This document shows positions 1 to 8,100 of a DNA stretch of 64,000 nt, piece after piece. Each line of letters begins with the position of its first letter. The stretch's first letter is position 1. Under the pieces are notes generated by a model that saw nothing but the letters and a program-made list of their open reading frames with translations, was not told the origin of the DNA and did no database searches. Origin of the DNA: Clostridia bacterium (GTDB lineage: Bacteria > Bacillota > Clostridia > UMGS1883); assembly GCA_045604905.1 (NCBI GenBank), contig JAZUOX010000061.1, positions 1,987 through 65,986 of the forward strand, written 5' to 3'. A program made the position numbers and the translations under genes.

Positions 1-620
1 GAACAGTTTGCACCAATAGCGTCAGCGCCCATACTCTCAAGCATAGCAACCATTGCCTCAGGAGAAGCACCTGTCATAAGCTTGCCGTCCTCTCCGTAAG
101 CATTTGTAACGATGATGGGAAGATTGCTGTTCTCCTTAGCTGCAAGAAGTGCCGCTTTTGTTTCGTAGCTATCGTTCATTGTTTCGATAGTAATTAAATC
201 AACACCGTACTTTACGCCAAGCTTTACTGTTTTTGCAAATGTACTGACGGCATCCTCAAAGTCAAAATCACCGTAAGGCTTAAGAAGTCTGCCGCTTGGT
301 CCTATATCAAGGGAAATATACTTTTCCCGGCAGCCTGTTGAAGCCTCTCTTGCTCTCTTTGCATTACTTACTGCTTCTTTTATAATTTCGTCAAGTTCTT
401 CTTCTGTAAACTTCAGAGAATTTGCACCAAATGTATTAGTATTTACAACATTACTGCCCGCGTCAAAATAACTTTTATGGATTCTTTCTATTATATCAGA
501 ATGCGTAATATTCCACATTTCGGGATGTTCACCCGGTTTAAGTCCCTCTTTTTGCAAAAGAGTACCCATACCACCGTCAAGTATAAGTATGTTGTTTTTT
601 ATAAAAGATTTTACATCCAT
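1..620 (-). CDS. metH: Homocysteine S-methyltransferase domain protein (MetH-type methionine synthase, N-terminal part). The C-terminal part runs off the window edge.
   Basis: Absent from the ORF track because it is truncated. Reverse translation from the ATG at 620 gives MDVKSFIKNNILILDGGMGTLLQKEGLKPGEHPEMWN...LITIETMND...GANCS, which is typical of the Hcy S-methyltransferase fold. Confidence 0.8.
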   Translation of the reverse strand, partial: MDVKSFIKNNILILDGGMGTLLQKEGLKPGEHPEMWNITHSDIIERIHKSYFDAGSNVVNTNTFGANSLKFTEEELDEIIKEAVSNAKRAREASTGCREKYISLDIGPSGRLLKPYGDFDFEDAVSTFAKTVKLGVKYGVDLITIETMNDSYETKAALLAAKENSNLPIIVTNAYGEDGKLMTGASPEAMVAMLESMGADAIGANC

Positions 621-626
621 TTCCTT

Positions 627-1298
627 TTACTCCTTATTATCCCCTACTCCGATAATTGCCGTTACCGATTTTGTCGGCGACATCAAAAGGCTTTCGTTCA
701 GAGTAAGACCGATTTTTCTGTGGCAGTCAAGCAAACTGAAAATCTGCTTCTGATATTCAAGAGGAAAATCCCCGTAACCCGGGCTAAAGCGTTGTCTTAC
801 AAATCTATACTCACTCTCTATATCTTTACAGAAAGCATCACAAAGTGCTTCTATTCTTTCTGCTCCGATTGCCTGCATCATAAGAGCTTTGCTTGGTGAC
901 ATTCTCGAATATTTTGCAATGATTCTGTCGATTTCTATGCCGACAGTTGCACCGAAAAGAATTGCTTTTTTACATCCGTTAAGATTTTTCCGAAGTGCTT
1001 TACTGGTTGTAGCGAATGTCGGAAAAACAACCTCTCCTGCTTTAATTTCAAACGGAAGTTCAGTAAAACACACCTTGCCGGAAAATACATTTTCCACCTC
1101 TGAAAGACATTCTCTGAGAAGTGCCTCAACTTCCGGAGTCATTTCCTTACAGCCTGAATAAGTGAGAATTTCTTTTATCTTAAATTGTTCCGGAATATAA
1201 TTTTTTACAAAAACTGTCGTATTCACAGTAAACACTCCCGTGGAATTTTTACCATACAATGATTTTATCAATAAAGGTACGACACAAGGTCGTAGCAC
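627..1298 (-). CDS. Stand-alone vitamin B12-dependent methionine synthase activation-domain protein
   Basis: The C-terminal part reads ...RFSPGYGDFPLEYQKQIFSLLD...LNESLLMSPTKSVTAIIGV, typical of the MetH activation domain. The real start is probably the GTG at 1226, with GGGAG 8 nt upstream, which would remove the overlap with the upstream lipoprotein gene. Confidence 0.75.
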   Translation of the reverse strand: MLRPCVVPLLIKSLYGKNSTGVFTVNTTVFVKNYIPEQFKIKEILTYSGCKEMTPEVEALLRECLSEVENVFSGKVCFTELPFEIKAGEVVFPTFATTSKALRKNLNGCKKAILFGATVGIEIDRIIAKYSRMSPSKALMMQAIGAERIEALCDAFCKDIESEYRFVRQRFSPGYGDFPLEYQKQIFSLLDCHRKIGLTLNESLLMSPTKSVTAIIGVGDNKE

Positions 1299-2191
1299 CT
1301 TTCTTTTGTGTATTCTGCACCTACACTGTACTTTATCAAAGCTTCCATACTGCCGCCCTCAAATTCCTTTGACTCTCTTTCCATTGCGGCTTCTTTTTCA
1401 TACACCCACTGAAGCTCTTCGTTTTTGATTGACGCAAACTCCCCTGCAGACTTGGTAGACTTCAGATAAGAATAAATATCATTTAAAAGATTATCCCAAT
1501 CAGTATATTCTGCATATGCCGTCTGATTAAGGTCATGCTGCGTGATAAGATTATCATAAGCATGAGCATATTTATTCTCAAGTCTTTCAATTCTTTCAAG
1601 ATAATAGTCTGCTTTTGATTTTTGGGGAGCCTGTGTATAATTTTGAGTTTTCTGCTCCGCAGCCTGCACAGAGCTTGTCGCAGAGGCATAGTCTGTTTCG
1701 TACCACAACAGCTGCTCTGCCTGTATATCTCCGCTTTTTGATGCTTCAAACACATCATCGGTTTTTTCTGTTTCAAGAATGATAATTCCATCCGCCTGAG
1801 TAGACACTGTCAGATTGCAATTAAAGAACTCTTTTATTTTTCCGTATCGGATAACGCCGCTATCATCGGCAAGCTCTGCAAGACCGGGATATACAACTTT
1901 AAGAGGAATTGCATATTCAACACAAATATTATTGCTGAAATCAAAAATATACTTCCATCCGTTTGTTCCGACATAGCAGTTGCCGTTTGCCGCTTCAAAG
2001 TCGAAATTGACCTGCCCGAATCTTTTTTCGACATCACTCAAGGATTTTCCCGATTGCAGCCACTTTTTGTCCTCTACTATGTTCTGAGGTGTCAGAGGCT
2101 TGCTTTCTATTTTTTTACTTACCAGAAGAGAGCATCCGCAAAGGGAAAATGCCAGAATTAAAATCAATATTAAAGCTGATAGTTTTTTCAT
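1268..2191 (-). CDS. Lipoprotein with a C-terminal DUF1311/LprI-like domain
   Basis: The signal peptide plus lipobox reads MKKLSALILILILAFSLCGCS. The C-terminus (...WDNLLNDIYSYLK...ELQWVYEKE...) resembles the lysozyme-inhibitor LprI / DUF1311 family. Confidence 0.7.
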   Translation of the reverse strand: MKKLSALILILILAFSLCGCSLLVSKKIESKPLTPQNIVEDKKWLQSGKSLSDVEKRFGQVNFDFEAANGNCYVGTNGWKYIFDFSNNICVEYAIPLKVVYPGLAELADDSGVIRYGKIKEFFNCNLTVSTQADGIIILETEKTDDVFEASKSGDIQAEQLLWYETDYASATSSVQAAEQKTQNYTQAPQKSKADYYLERIERLENKYAHAYDNLITQHDLNQTAYAEYTDWDNLLNDIYSYLKSTKSAGEFASIKNEELQWVYEKEAAMERESKEFEGGSMEALIKYSVGAEYTKERCYDLVSYLY

Positions 2192-2310
2192 AATCTTTCT
2201 CCGTTACTGTAAAATATATTCTTTCCTTAGGATAACACATTCGGAAAGAAAAGTAAATATTTTTAGGAGTACAATAAGAAAAAGATTGCAAATTATTTAT
2301 GCAATCTTTT

Positions 2311-2538
2311 TTAGTCTTTAAATTCAAATAATTTCTTAAGGGGTATTCTGAGAGCCTCTGCAATATCAATAAGTGTATCAAGAGTGCAGGAAGATGCCGC
2401 AGTTTCTATTCGTTGGATATAAGCATTACTTATTCCTGCTTTTTCTGCGAGTTGTAGTTGTGTCATTCCTTGTTCTTTTCTGTAATGAAGTATATTCAAT
2501 CCTATTCCGAGCCATACATCAAAATTTTTAGGTTTCAT
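2311..2538 (-). CDS. XRE-family helix-turn-helix transcriptional regulator
   Basis: This 75-aa protein carries the HTH_3 signature ...YRKEQGMTQLQLAEKAGISNAYIQRIE... Confidence 0.85.
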   Translation of the reverse strand: MKPKNFDVWLGIGLNILHYRKEQGMTQLQLAEKAGISNAYIQRIETAASSCTLDTLIDIAEALRIPLKKLFEFKD

Positions 2539-2617
2539 AAAACCACCTCAGTGTTATTATAACTTAACAAAACCGACATATACAGAAACGATTTATTTTG
2601 TTTTAATAACAATTTGT

Positions 2618-2646
2618 TTGTGTTTTTGATTATATTATGTTATAAT
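2618..2646 (+). promoter_or_regulatory. Candidate sigma-A promoter with extended -10 for SLOG paralog 1
   Basis: TTGTGT (2618-2623), a 17-nt spacer, then TGtTATAAT (TG at 2638-2639, TATAAT at 2641-2646), about 25 nt upstream of the RBS AGAGGTGG. Confidence 0.5.
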
Positions 2647-2670
2647 ACAAACAAAAGAGGTGGAAATACA

Positions 2671-3120
2671 ATGGAAAAAGTATGTTGTTTTGCAGGACAT
2701 AGCAATATATATTATACGGATGAACATTATAAATCACTTTCAGAAAAAATCGAAAATCTTATTATAAATGAAAATGTGACAGAATTCCGCGTAGGAAACT
2801 ACGGGGCATTTGACCGCCTTTGTGCAAGAGCCGTGAGAAAGTTAAAAAAGAAATATACTTATATAAACCTTATCCTTGTTATTCCCTATCTCACTTCCGA
2901 AATCATCAAAAACAAAGAATATTACGAAAGCAGCTATGACACAATCCTTGTTGCAGAAATCCCAGAAAATACCCCTCAAAAGCTTAAAATTATAAAATGC
3001 AATGAATTTATAGTCAATACCTCCGACTATCTTATATACTATATCATTAACCACTGCACAGGTGCCGACAGAACACTTGAATATGCAAAAAAGAAAAAGT
3101 TAATAACTCTTTCAATCTAA
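2671..3120 (+). CDS. SLOG-family protein (DUF1273 / YpsA-like), paralog 1
   Basis: MEKVCCFAGHS...EFRVGNYGAFDRLCARAV...LVIPY matches the DUF1273 pattern. The ATG at 2671 is preceded by AGAGGTGG. The ORF-track start at 2614 is unlikely to be used. Confidence 0.8.
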   Translation: MEKVCCFAGHSNIYYTDEHYKSLSEKIENLIINENVTEFRVGNYGAFDRLCARAVRKLKKKYTYINLILVIPYLTSEIIKNKEYYESSYDTILVAEIPENTPQKLKIIKCNEFIVNTSDYLIYYIINHCTGADRTLEYAKKKKLITLSI

Positions 3121-3125
3121 AAAAT

Positions 3126-3156
3126 GTACACTTTGGAGACAGTCCCCAAAGTGTAC
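3126..3156. terminator. Bidirectional intrinsic terminator between convergent genes
   Basis: Perfect hairpin GTACACTTTGG-agacagtcc-CCAAAGTGTAC, with an A-run upstream and TTTG downstream. Confidence 0.7.
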
Positions 3157-3180
3157 TTTGCAAAGCAAAGTGTGCATTTT

Positions 3181-4287
3181 TTATTCGTACAGAACTTCTT
3201 CCAGAACGGGATAAATTCTTTTCGCCATATTATAGAAACCCAGATCAGTCGGATGTGTGCCGTCAACAGTTGCTTCTGTCGCCTCACCGTCACCAAGAAG
3301 CGTAAATCCGTCGATAAAGTAAAGGTTTTTGTCACCCTCCGCTATAGCTTTTTCGTATGCATTCATTACAACCTCACGGTATTCAATCATTTTCTGTGCA
3401 ACTTCATTTGTTTTGATATCCGGGCACACGGGCGACGACATCATTATTATGGGAAGGCCCTGGTTCTTCTCCCTTATGATTTTGTAGAAGGCATAATATG
3501 TACTTTCGTAATGTTCTTTTGTAGGGGCATTATAGCCGTACGCATAAACAAATGCAGACATAGGAAGCTCTGCAATATGCTCTGCAAGTGCCGCTTCCCC
3601 GTGGTCACTTCCCGAAAAGCCAAGATTCATAAAATCTGCATCAAGCCACCTTGATAAAAGTGCAGGATAATTCATACCCGGTCTTGTAGCACATCCCCCT
3701 TGGGTTATTGAGGAACCGTAGAACACAATCGGCTCTTCCACAGAATAGGAAGAAGCTTCTTTCAGAGTGCATCCGTCACAAACACCGATGTGCAGAGATT
3801 CCACTCCGTTGTACAAAGGGAAGTTTATTGTGATTTCACGAAGGTCGTTATCGTCAAATTCGAAACTACCGCTATACTCTGCATCTTCACGGCTTGTGTT
3901 AAGCGGTGCGAAAGTTTTCTTGTACAAAGGTGGTGCGGACTTGTCTATCGGAGCAACGTACATATCACATCCAAGCGCACCCGTGTCTGCCATATGGGGC
4001 ATAAACGAAACAGGGGTACGTAGTTTCACCCTAATTGCCACATTCTTTGAATCCGTCACAAATCGTACTCTGCCACCCGTTGCATCATTCATAAGGGCAC
4101 GGACGCCACGATTAACCCCTTTCTCTTCCCTGAAGCATTCGGGAAGACGAGTAAGCATCCCAAGTTCATAAGGCTTGTAAAAGCCGTGAAGGGAAAAAGG
4201 CTTGTCAAAACAACTGTAGTATACTATTCCGTTTTCGTCAGGCACATTCGCCTTGAAATTAACATCAATTTCATCAATTCTTGCCAT
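3181..4287 (-). CDS. SGNH/GDSL-family hydrolase with an N-terminal beta-sandwich extension
   Basis: SGNH blocks are present: VFYGSSITQG, GFSGS, GYN and DGTHPTD. Confidence 0.8.
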   Translation of the reverse strand: MARIDEIDVNFKANVPDENGIVYYSCFDKPFSLHGFYKPYELGMLTRLPECFREEKGVNRGVRALMNDATGGRVRFVTDSKNVAIRVKLRTPVSFMPHMADTGALGCDMYVAPIDKSAPPLYKKTFAPLNTSREDAEYSGSFEFDDNDLREITINFPLYNGVESLHIGVCDGCTLKEASSYSVEEPIVFYGSSITQGGCATRPGMNYPALLSRWLDADFMNLGFSGSDHGEAALAEHIAELPMSAFVYAYGYNAPTKEHYESTYYAFYKIIREKNQGLPIIMMSSPVCPDIKTNEVAQKMIEYREVVMNAYEKAIAEGDKNLYFIDGFTLLGDGEATEATVDGTHPTDLGFYNMAKRIYPVLEEVLYE

Positions 4288-4344
4288 AAAATCACATCCT
4301 TAAGATTAGGATAACATAACTAACAGATAAAGTAAATGTTTATA

Positions 4345-4381
4345 CAAAAAAATCCGCAGGAAACTTGTCCTGCGGATTTTT
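4345..4381. terminator. Intrinsic terminator downstream of nifJ
   Basis: AAAAAAATCCGCAGGA-aactt-GTCCTGCGGATTTTT; the flanking A and T runs allow termination in both directions. Confidence 0.8.
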
Positions 4382-4394
4382 AATTAAGCAATAA

Positions 4395-7300
4395 TTACTT
4401 GCTTGCTCTTTCAACGAGTTCAGCATACTTAGCCTTAGCTGTTTCTGCTGCCTTAGCGAAGAGTTCTTTTGCTCTGTCGGGGTTAGAACGAGCAAGTGAG
4501 TTGTAACGAACTTCGTTCATAAGGAATTCTTCGTAGCTTTCTGTAGGCTCCTTAGAATCAAGCTGGAAGGGATTGAGACCTTCTGCTGTTCTTCTGGGGT
4601 CGAAACGGAAGAGGTGCCAGTAACCAGCCTGTACAGCACGCTTTTCTTCTGTCTGAGCAATGCTCATACCGCCCTTGATACCGTGGTTGATACAGGGAGC
4701 GTATGCGATAACGATTGAAGGACCGTTGTAAGAACCTGCTTCAACGAATGCCTTGATACACTGGTTGTTGTCAGCACCCTGAGCAACCTGTGCAACGTAT
4801 ACATAGCCATAGCTCATAGCGATAGCTGCAAGGTCTTTCTTCTTAACTTCCTTACCTGCTGCTGCGAACTTAGCAATAGCACCTGTAGGTGTAGCCTTTG
4901 AAGACTGACCGCCTGTGTTAGAGTAAACTTCTGTATCGAATACAAGGATGTTTACATCTTCACCGCTAGCGAGTACGTGGTCAAGACCGCCGTAACCGAT
5001 ATCGTATGCCCAACCGTCACCACCGAGAATCCATACAGATTTCTTGGAAAGATATTCCTTATCCTTAAGGATTTCAGCAGCTTCAGGTGTGTTCATCTTA
5101 GCAAGAACTTCCATAAGTTCTTCTGCTGCAACCTTGTTAGCATTTACATCTTCCTTAGTTTCAAGGAACTTGTCAATAACTGCCTTAGCTGCATCGTCAG
5201 CTGTTTCCTTAACAGCTTCTACCTTTGTAACAAGGTCTTCACGAAGAGTATTCTGAGCAAGGAACATACCAAAGCCGTACTCTGCGTTATCTTCGAAGAG
5301 TGAGTTAGCCCAAGCGGGACCTTCACCCTTAGCGTTTGTTGTGTAAGGTGTTGAGGGTGAGCTACCGCCCCAGATTGAAGAACAACCTGTTGCGTTTGCA
5401 ATGTACATCTTATCACCGTAAAGCTGTGTAACGAGCTTAGCGTAAGGTGTTTCACCACAACCTGCACAAGCGCCTGAGAACTCGAGGAGGGGCTGCTTGA
5501 ACTGGCTGCCCTTAACTGTTGTAGGCTTGAACTTCTCAAGAACTTCTGCCTTTTCGGGAATCTTGATACCGTAATCGAAGAATGCCTGCTTGTCTTCCTG
5601 AGTTTCAAGAGGCTGCATAACAAGAGCCTTCTCGCCCTTCTTACCGGGACATACGTTTGCACAAGATCCGCAACCTGTACAGTCAAGTACAGATACAGCC
5701 ATTGCAAAGTAAAGACCGTTAAGACCTGTCATATTGATATACTTGATACCCTCGGGAGCATTCTTTGCTTCCTCTTCTGTAAGAACTACAGGACGGATAC
5801 AAGCGTGAGGACAAACATAAGAACAGAAGTTACACTGGATACAGTTTTCACTCTTCCATTCGGGAACGTCGATAGCGATGCCTCTCTTTTCAAATGCAGA
5901 GCTACCCAACGGAACTTCACCGTCTGCATAAGGAACGAAAGCTGATACGGGAAGCTTCATACCTGCAAATGAGTTGATGGGATTAAGGATATTGTTGATG
6001 TAGTCAACAAGCTTACCTTCACCGTCAAACTTAACAGAAAGATCTTCGTCCTTAGCATCCTTCCATGAAGCAGGAACGTCAACCTTGATAACTCGCTGAG
6101 CACCCATGTCGATAGCGTCATGGTTCATCTTAACAATTGCTTCACCCTTCTTTGAGTAAGAAGCTGTAGCAGCGTCCTTCATATACTGAATTGCATCTGC
6201 TGCAGGAATGATGTTAGCAAGCTTGAAGAATGCTGACTGAAGTACAGTGTTGATTCTGTTGCCAAGACCGATTTCCTTACCGATCTGAACACCGTCGATT
6301 ACATAGAACTGAACGTCGTTCTCTGCAATGTAACGCTTAACCTGTCCGGGGATGTGAGCTTCAAACTCTTCAGCCTTAGTCCAGGGGCAGTTAAGAAGGA
6401 ATACACCGCCGGGCTTAACGTCAGAAACCATATCGTACTTTCTGATGTAAGAAGCCTTGTGACAAGCAACGAAGTCAGCCTTGTTTACGAGGTATGTGCT
6501 TGTAATCTTAGCATTACCGAAACGAAGGTGAGAAACTGTAAGACCGCCTGACTTCTTTGAGTCATAGTCAAAGTAAGCCTGAACGTTCATATCAGTGTGG
6601 TCACCGATAATCTTTACAGAGTTCTTGTTAGCACCAACAGTACCGTCAGCACCAAGACCCCAGAACTTACAGCTTGTTGTACCTGCAGGAGTTGTGTCGG
6701 GGTTTTCTGTAATCTGAAGTGATGTAAATGTTACATCATCATTGATACCAATTGTAAATCTCTTCTTATCAGCGTTGTTATAAACAGCGATAATCTGAGC
6801 AGGAGTTGTATCCTTTGAACCGAGACCGTAACGTCCGCCAAAGATTTCAACATCCTTGAACTGGCTGTCACGGAGAGCCGCAACAACGTCAAGGTAAAGA
6901 GGCTCACCAATGCTACCGCATTCCTTAGTTCTGTCGAGAACGCTGATTCTCTTAACAGAAGCAGGGATAGCATCGATAAGGTGCTTAGCGCTGAAGGGTC
7001 TGTAAAGTCTAACCTTGATAAGACCAACCTTTGCGCCCTTAGCGTTGAGGTAATCAACTGTTTCCTGAATAGTATCACAAGCACTACCCATTGCAACGAT
7101 TACATGTTCTGCATCAGCTGCACCGTAGTAGTTGAAGAGCTTGTAATCTGTACCGATTTCTGCATTAACCTTGTCCATATAAGCCTGGCAAAGTTCGGGA
7201 ACTGCATCATAGAACTTGTTGTTAGCTTCCTTTGCCTGGAAGAAAACGTCAGGGTTCTGAGCTGTACCGCGCTGTGCAGGATGGTAGGGGTTAAGAGAGC

Positions 7301-7916
7301 GACGACGGAATGCTTCTACTGCATCCATGTTAACGAGCTTTTTAAGCTGTTCGTCACTCCAGCACTCAACCTTCTGATATTCGTGAGAAGTTCTGAAACC
7401 GTCAAAGAAATGAAGGAAAGGAACTCTTGCCTCAAGTGTTGTGAGGTGTGCTACTGCACCAAGGTCCATAGCTTCCTGGGGATTTACAGAACAGAGCATT
7501 GCATAACCTGTCTGACGGCATGCGTATACGTCCTGATGATCACCGAAAATTGAAAGAGCGTGTGAAGCAAGTGCACGAGCAGATACATTAATAACTGAAG
7601 GCAAAAGCTCCCCTGCGATCTTGTACATGTTGGGAATCATAAGAAGAAGACCCTGAGAAGCTGTGTAAGTTGTTGTAAGAGCACCTGCTGTAAGAGAGCC
7701 GTGAACGGCACCTGCAGCACCACCCTCAGACTGCATTTCTGCAATCTTTACAGTTCTGCCGAAAATGTTCTTCTTTCCTTTTGCAGCCCATTCATCTGTA
7801 ACCTCAGCCATGTTTGAGGAAGGTGTAATGGGGTAGATAGCAGCAACGTCTGTAAACGCATAAGAGACATATGCGGCAGCGGTGTTACCATCCATGGTTT
7901 TTTTGTTTCTTGCCAT
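4395..7916 (-). CDS. nifJ: Pyruvate:ferredoxin (flavodoxin) oxidoreductase
   Basis: This 1173-aa single-chain PFOR has two ferredoxin-type CxxCxxCxxxCP motifs (CIQCNFCSYVCP, CTGCGSCANVCP) and a TPP-binding GDGWAYDIG motif. Confidence 0.97.
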   Translation of the reverse strand: MARNKKTMDGNTAAAYVSYAFTDVAAIYPITPSSNMAEVTDEWAAKGKKNIFGRTVKIAEMQSEGGAAGAVHGSLTAGALTTTYTASQGLLLMIPNMYKIAGELLPSVINVSARALASHALSIFGDHQDVYACRQTGYAMLCSVNPQEAMDLGAVAHLTTLEARVPFLHFFDGFRTSHEYQKVECWSDEQLKKLVNMDAVEAFRRRSLNPYHPAQRGTAQNPDVFFQAKEANNKFYDAVPELCQAYMDKVNAEIGTDYKLFNYYGAADAEHVIVAMGSACDTIQETVDYLNAKGAKVGLIKVRLYRPFSAKHLIDAIPASVKRISVLDRTKECGSIGEPLYLDVVAALRDSQFKDVEIFGGRYGLGSKDTTPAQIIAVYNNADKKRFTIGINDDVTFTSLQITENPDTTPAGTTSCKFWGLGADGTVGANKNSVKIIGDHTDMNVQAYFDYDSKKSGGLTVSHLRFGNAKITSTYLVNKADFVACHKASYIRKYDMVSDVKPGGVFLLNCPWTKAEEFEAHIPGQVKRYIAENDVQFYVIDGVQIGKEIGLGNRINTVLQSAFFKLANIIPAADAIQYMKDAATASYSKKGEAIVKMNHDAIDMGAQRVIKVDVPASWKDAKDEDLSVKFDGEGKLVDYINNILNPINSFAGMKLPVSAFVPYADGEVPLGSSAFEKRGIAIDVPEWKSENCIQCNFCSYVCPHACIRPVVLTEEEAKNAPEGIKYINMTGLNGLYFAMAVSVLDCTGCGSCANVCPGKKGEKALVMQPLETQEDKQAFFDYGIKIPEKAEVLEKFKPTTVKGSQFKQPLLEFSGACAGCGETPYAKLVTQLYGDKMYIANATGCSSIWGGSSPSTPYTTNAKGEGPAWANSLFEDNAEYGFGMFLAQNTLREDLVTKVEAVKETADDAAKAVIDKFLETKEDVNANKVAAEELMEVLAKMNTPEAAEILKDKEYLSKKSVWILGGDGWAYDIGYGGLDHVLASGEDVNILVFDTEVYSNTGGQSSKATPTGAIAKFAAAGKEVKKKDLAAIAMSYGYVYVAQVAQGADNNQCIKAFVEAGSYNGPSIVIAYAPCINHGIKGGMSIAQTEEKRAVQAGYWHLFRFDPRRTAEGLNPFQLDSKEPTESYEEFLMNEVRYNSLARSNPDRAKELFAKAAETAKAKYAELVERASK

Positions 7917-8026
7917 TTGATTGACCTCCTTGTGTATATAAAAATTAATTTCTGAAATGTTATAAACACGGAAAATCAGGCTTAAAACATCTTTCTAAGC
8001 CTTAAATCCCATATTTAACCTTATAT

Positions 8027-8055
8027 ATTATACCCCTTTCATCTTTAATAGTCAA
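8027..8055 (-). promoter_or_regulatory. Candidate sigma-A promoter for nifJ
   Basis: On the minus strand: TTGACT (8055-8050), a 17-nt spacer, then TATAAT (8032-8027). This implies a leader of roughly 110 nt. Confidence 0.5.
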
Positions 8056-8100
8056 GCATTTATCTCAAAAAACAGCAAAAAGCGATATTTAAATACTGAT

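Noticed and set aside
3124-3654. A 176-aa plus-strand ORF overlapping the SGNH hydrolase gene.
   Set aside because: It starts inside the terminator hairpin and runs antisense to a well-supported gene.
4345-4381. The nifJ terminator flank on the minus strand (TTAAAAATCCGCAGGAC) resembles the left end of the repeat element (TTAAAAATGCCCAGAAC, 14 of 17 identical).
   Set aside because: It lacks the GGGAAT motif and any right-end match. The similarity is explained by the generic A-run plus GC-stem form of terminators. I did not count it as a copy.
4977-7553. Several ORFs of 65-190 aa on both strands inside nifJ (for example 5219-5707 and 6981-7553).
   Set aside because: All lie within the 1173-aa PFOR gene, whose identity is unambiguous. 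Their products are low-complexity or Cys/Leu/Ser-rich, as expected for out-of-frame or antisense readings.
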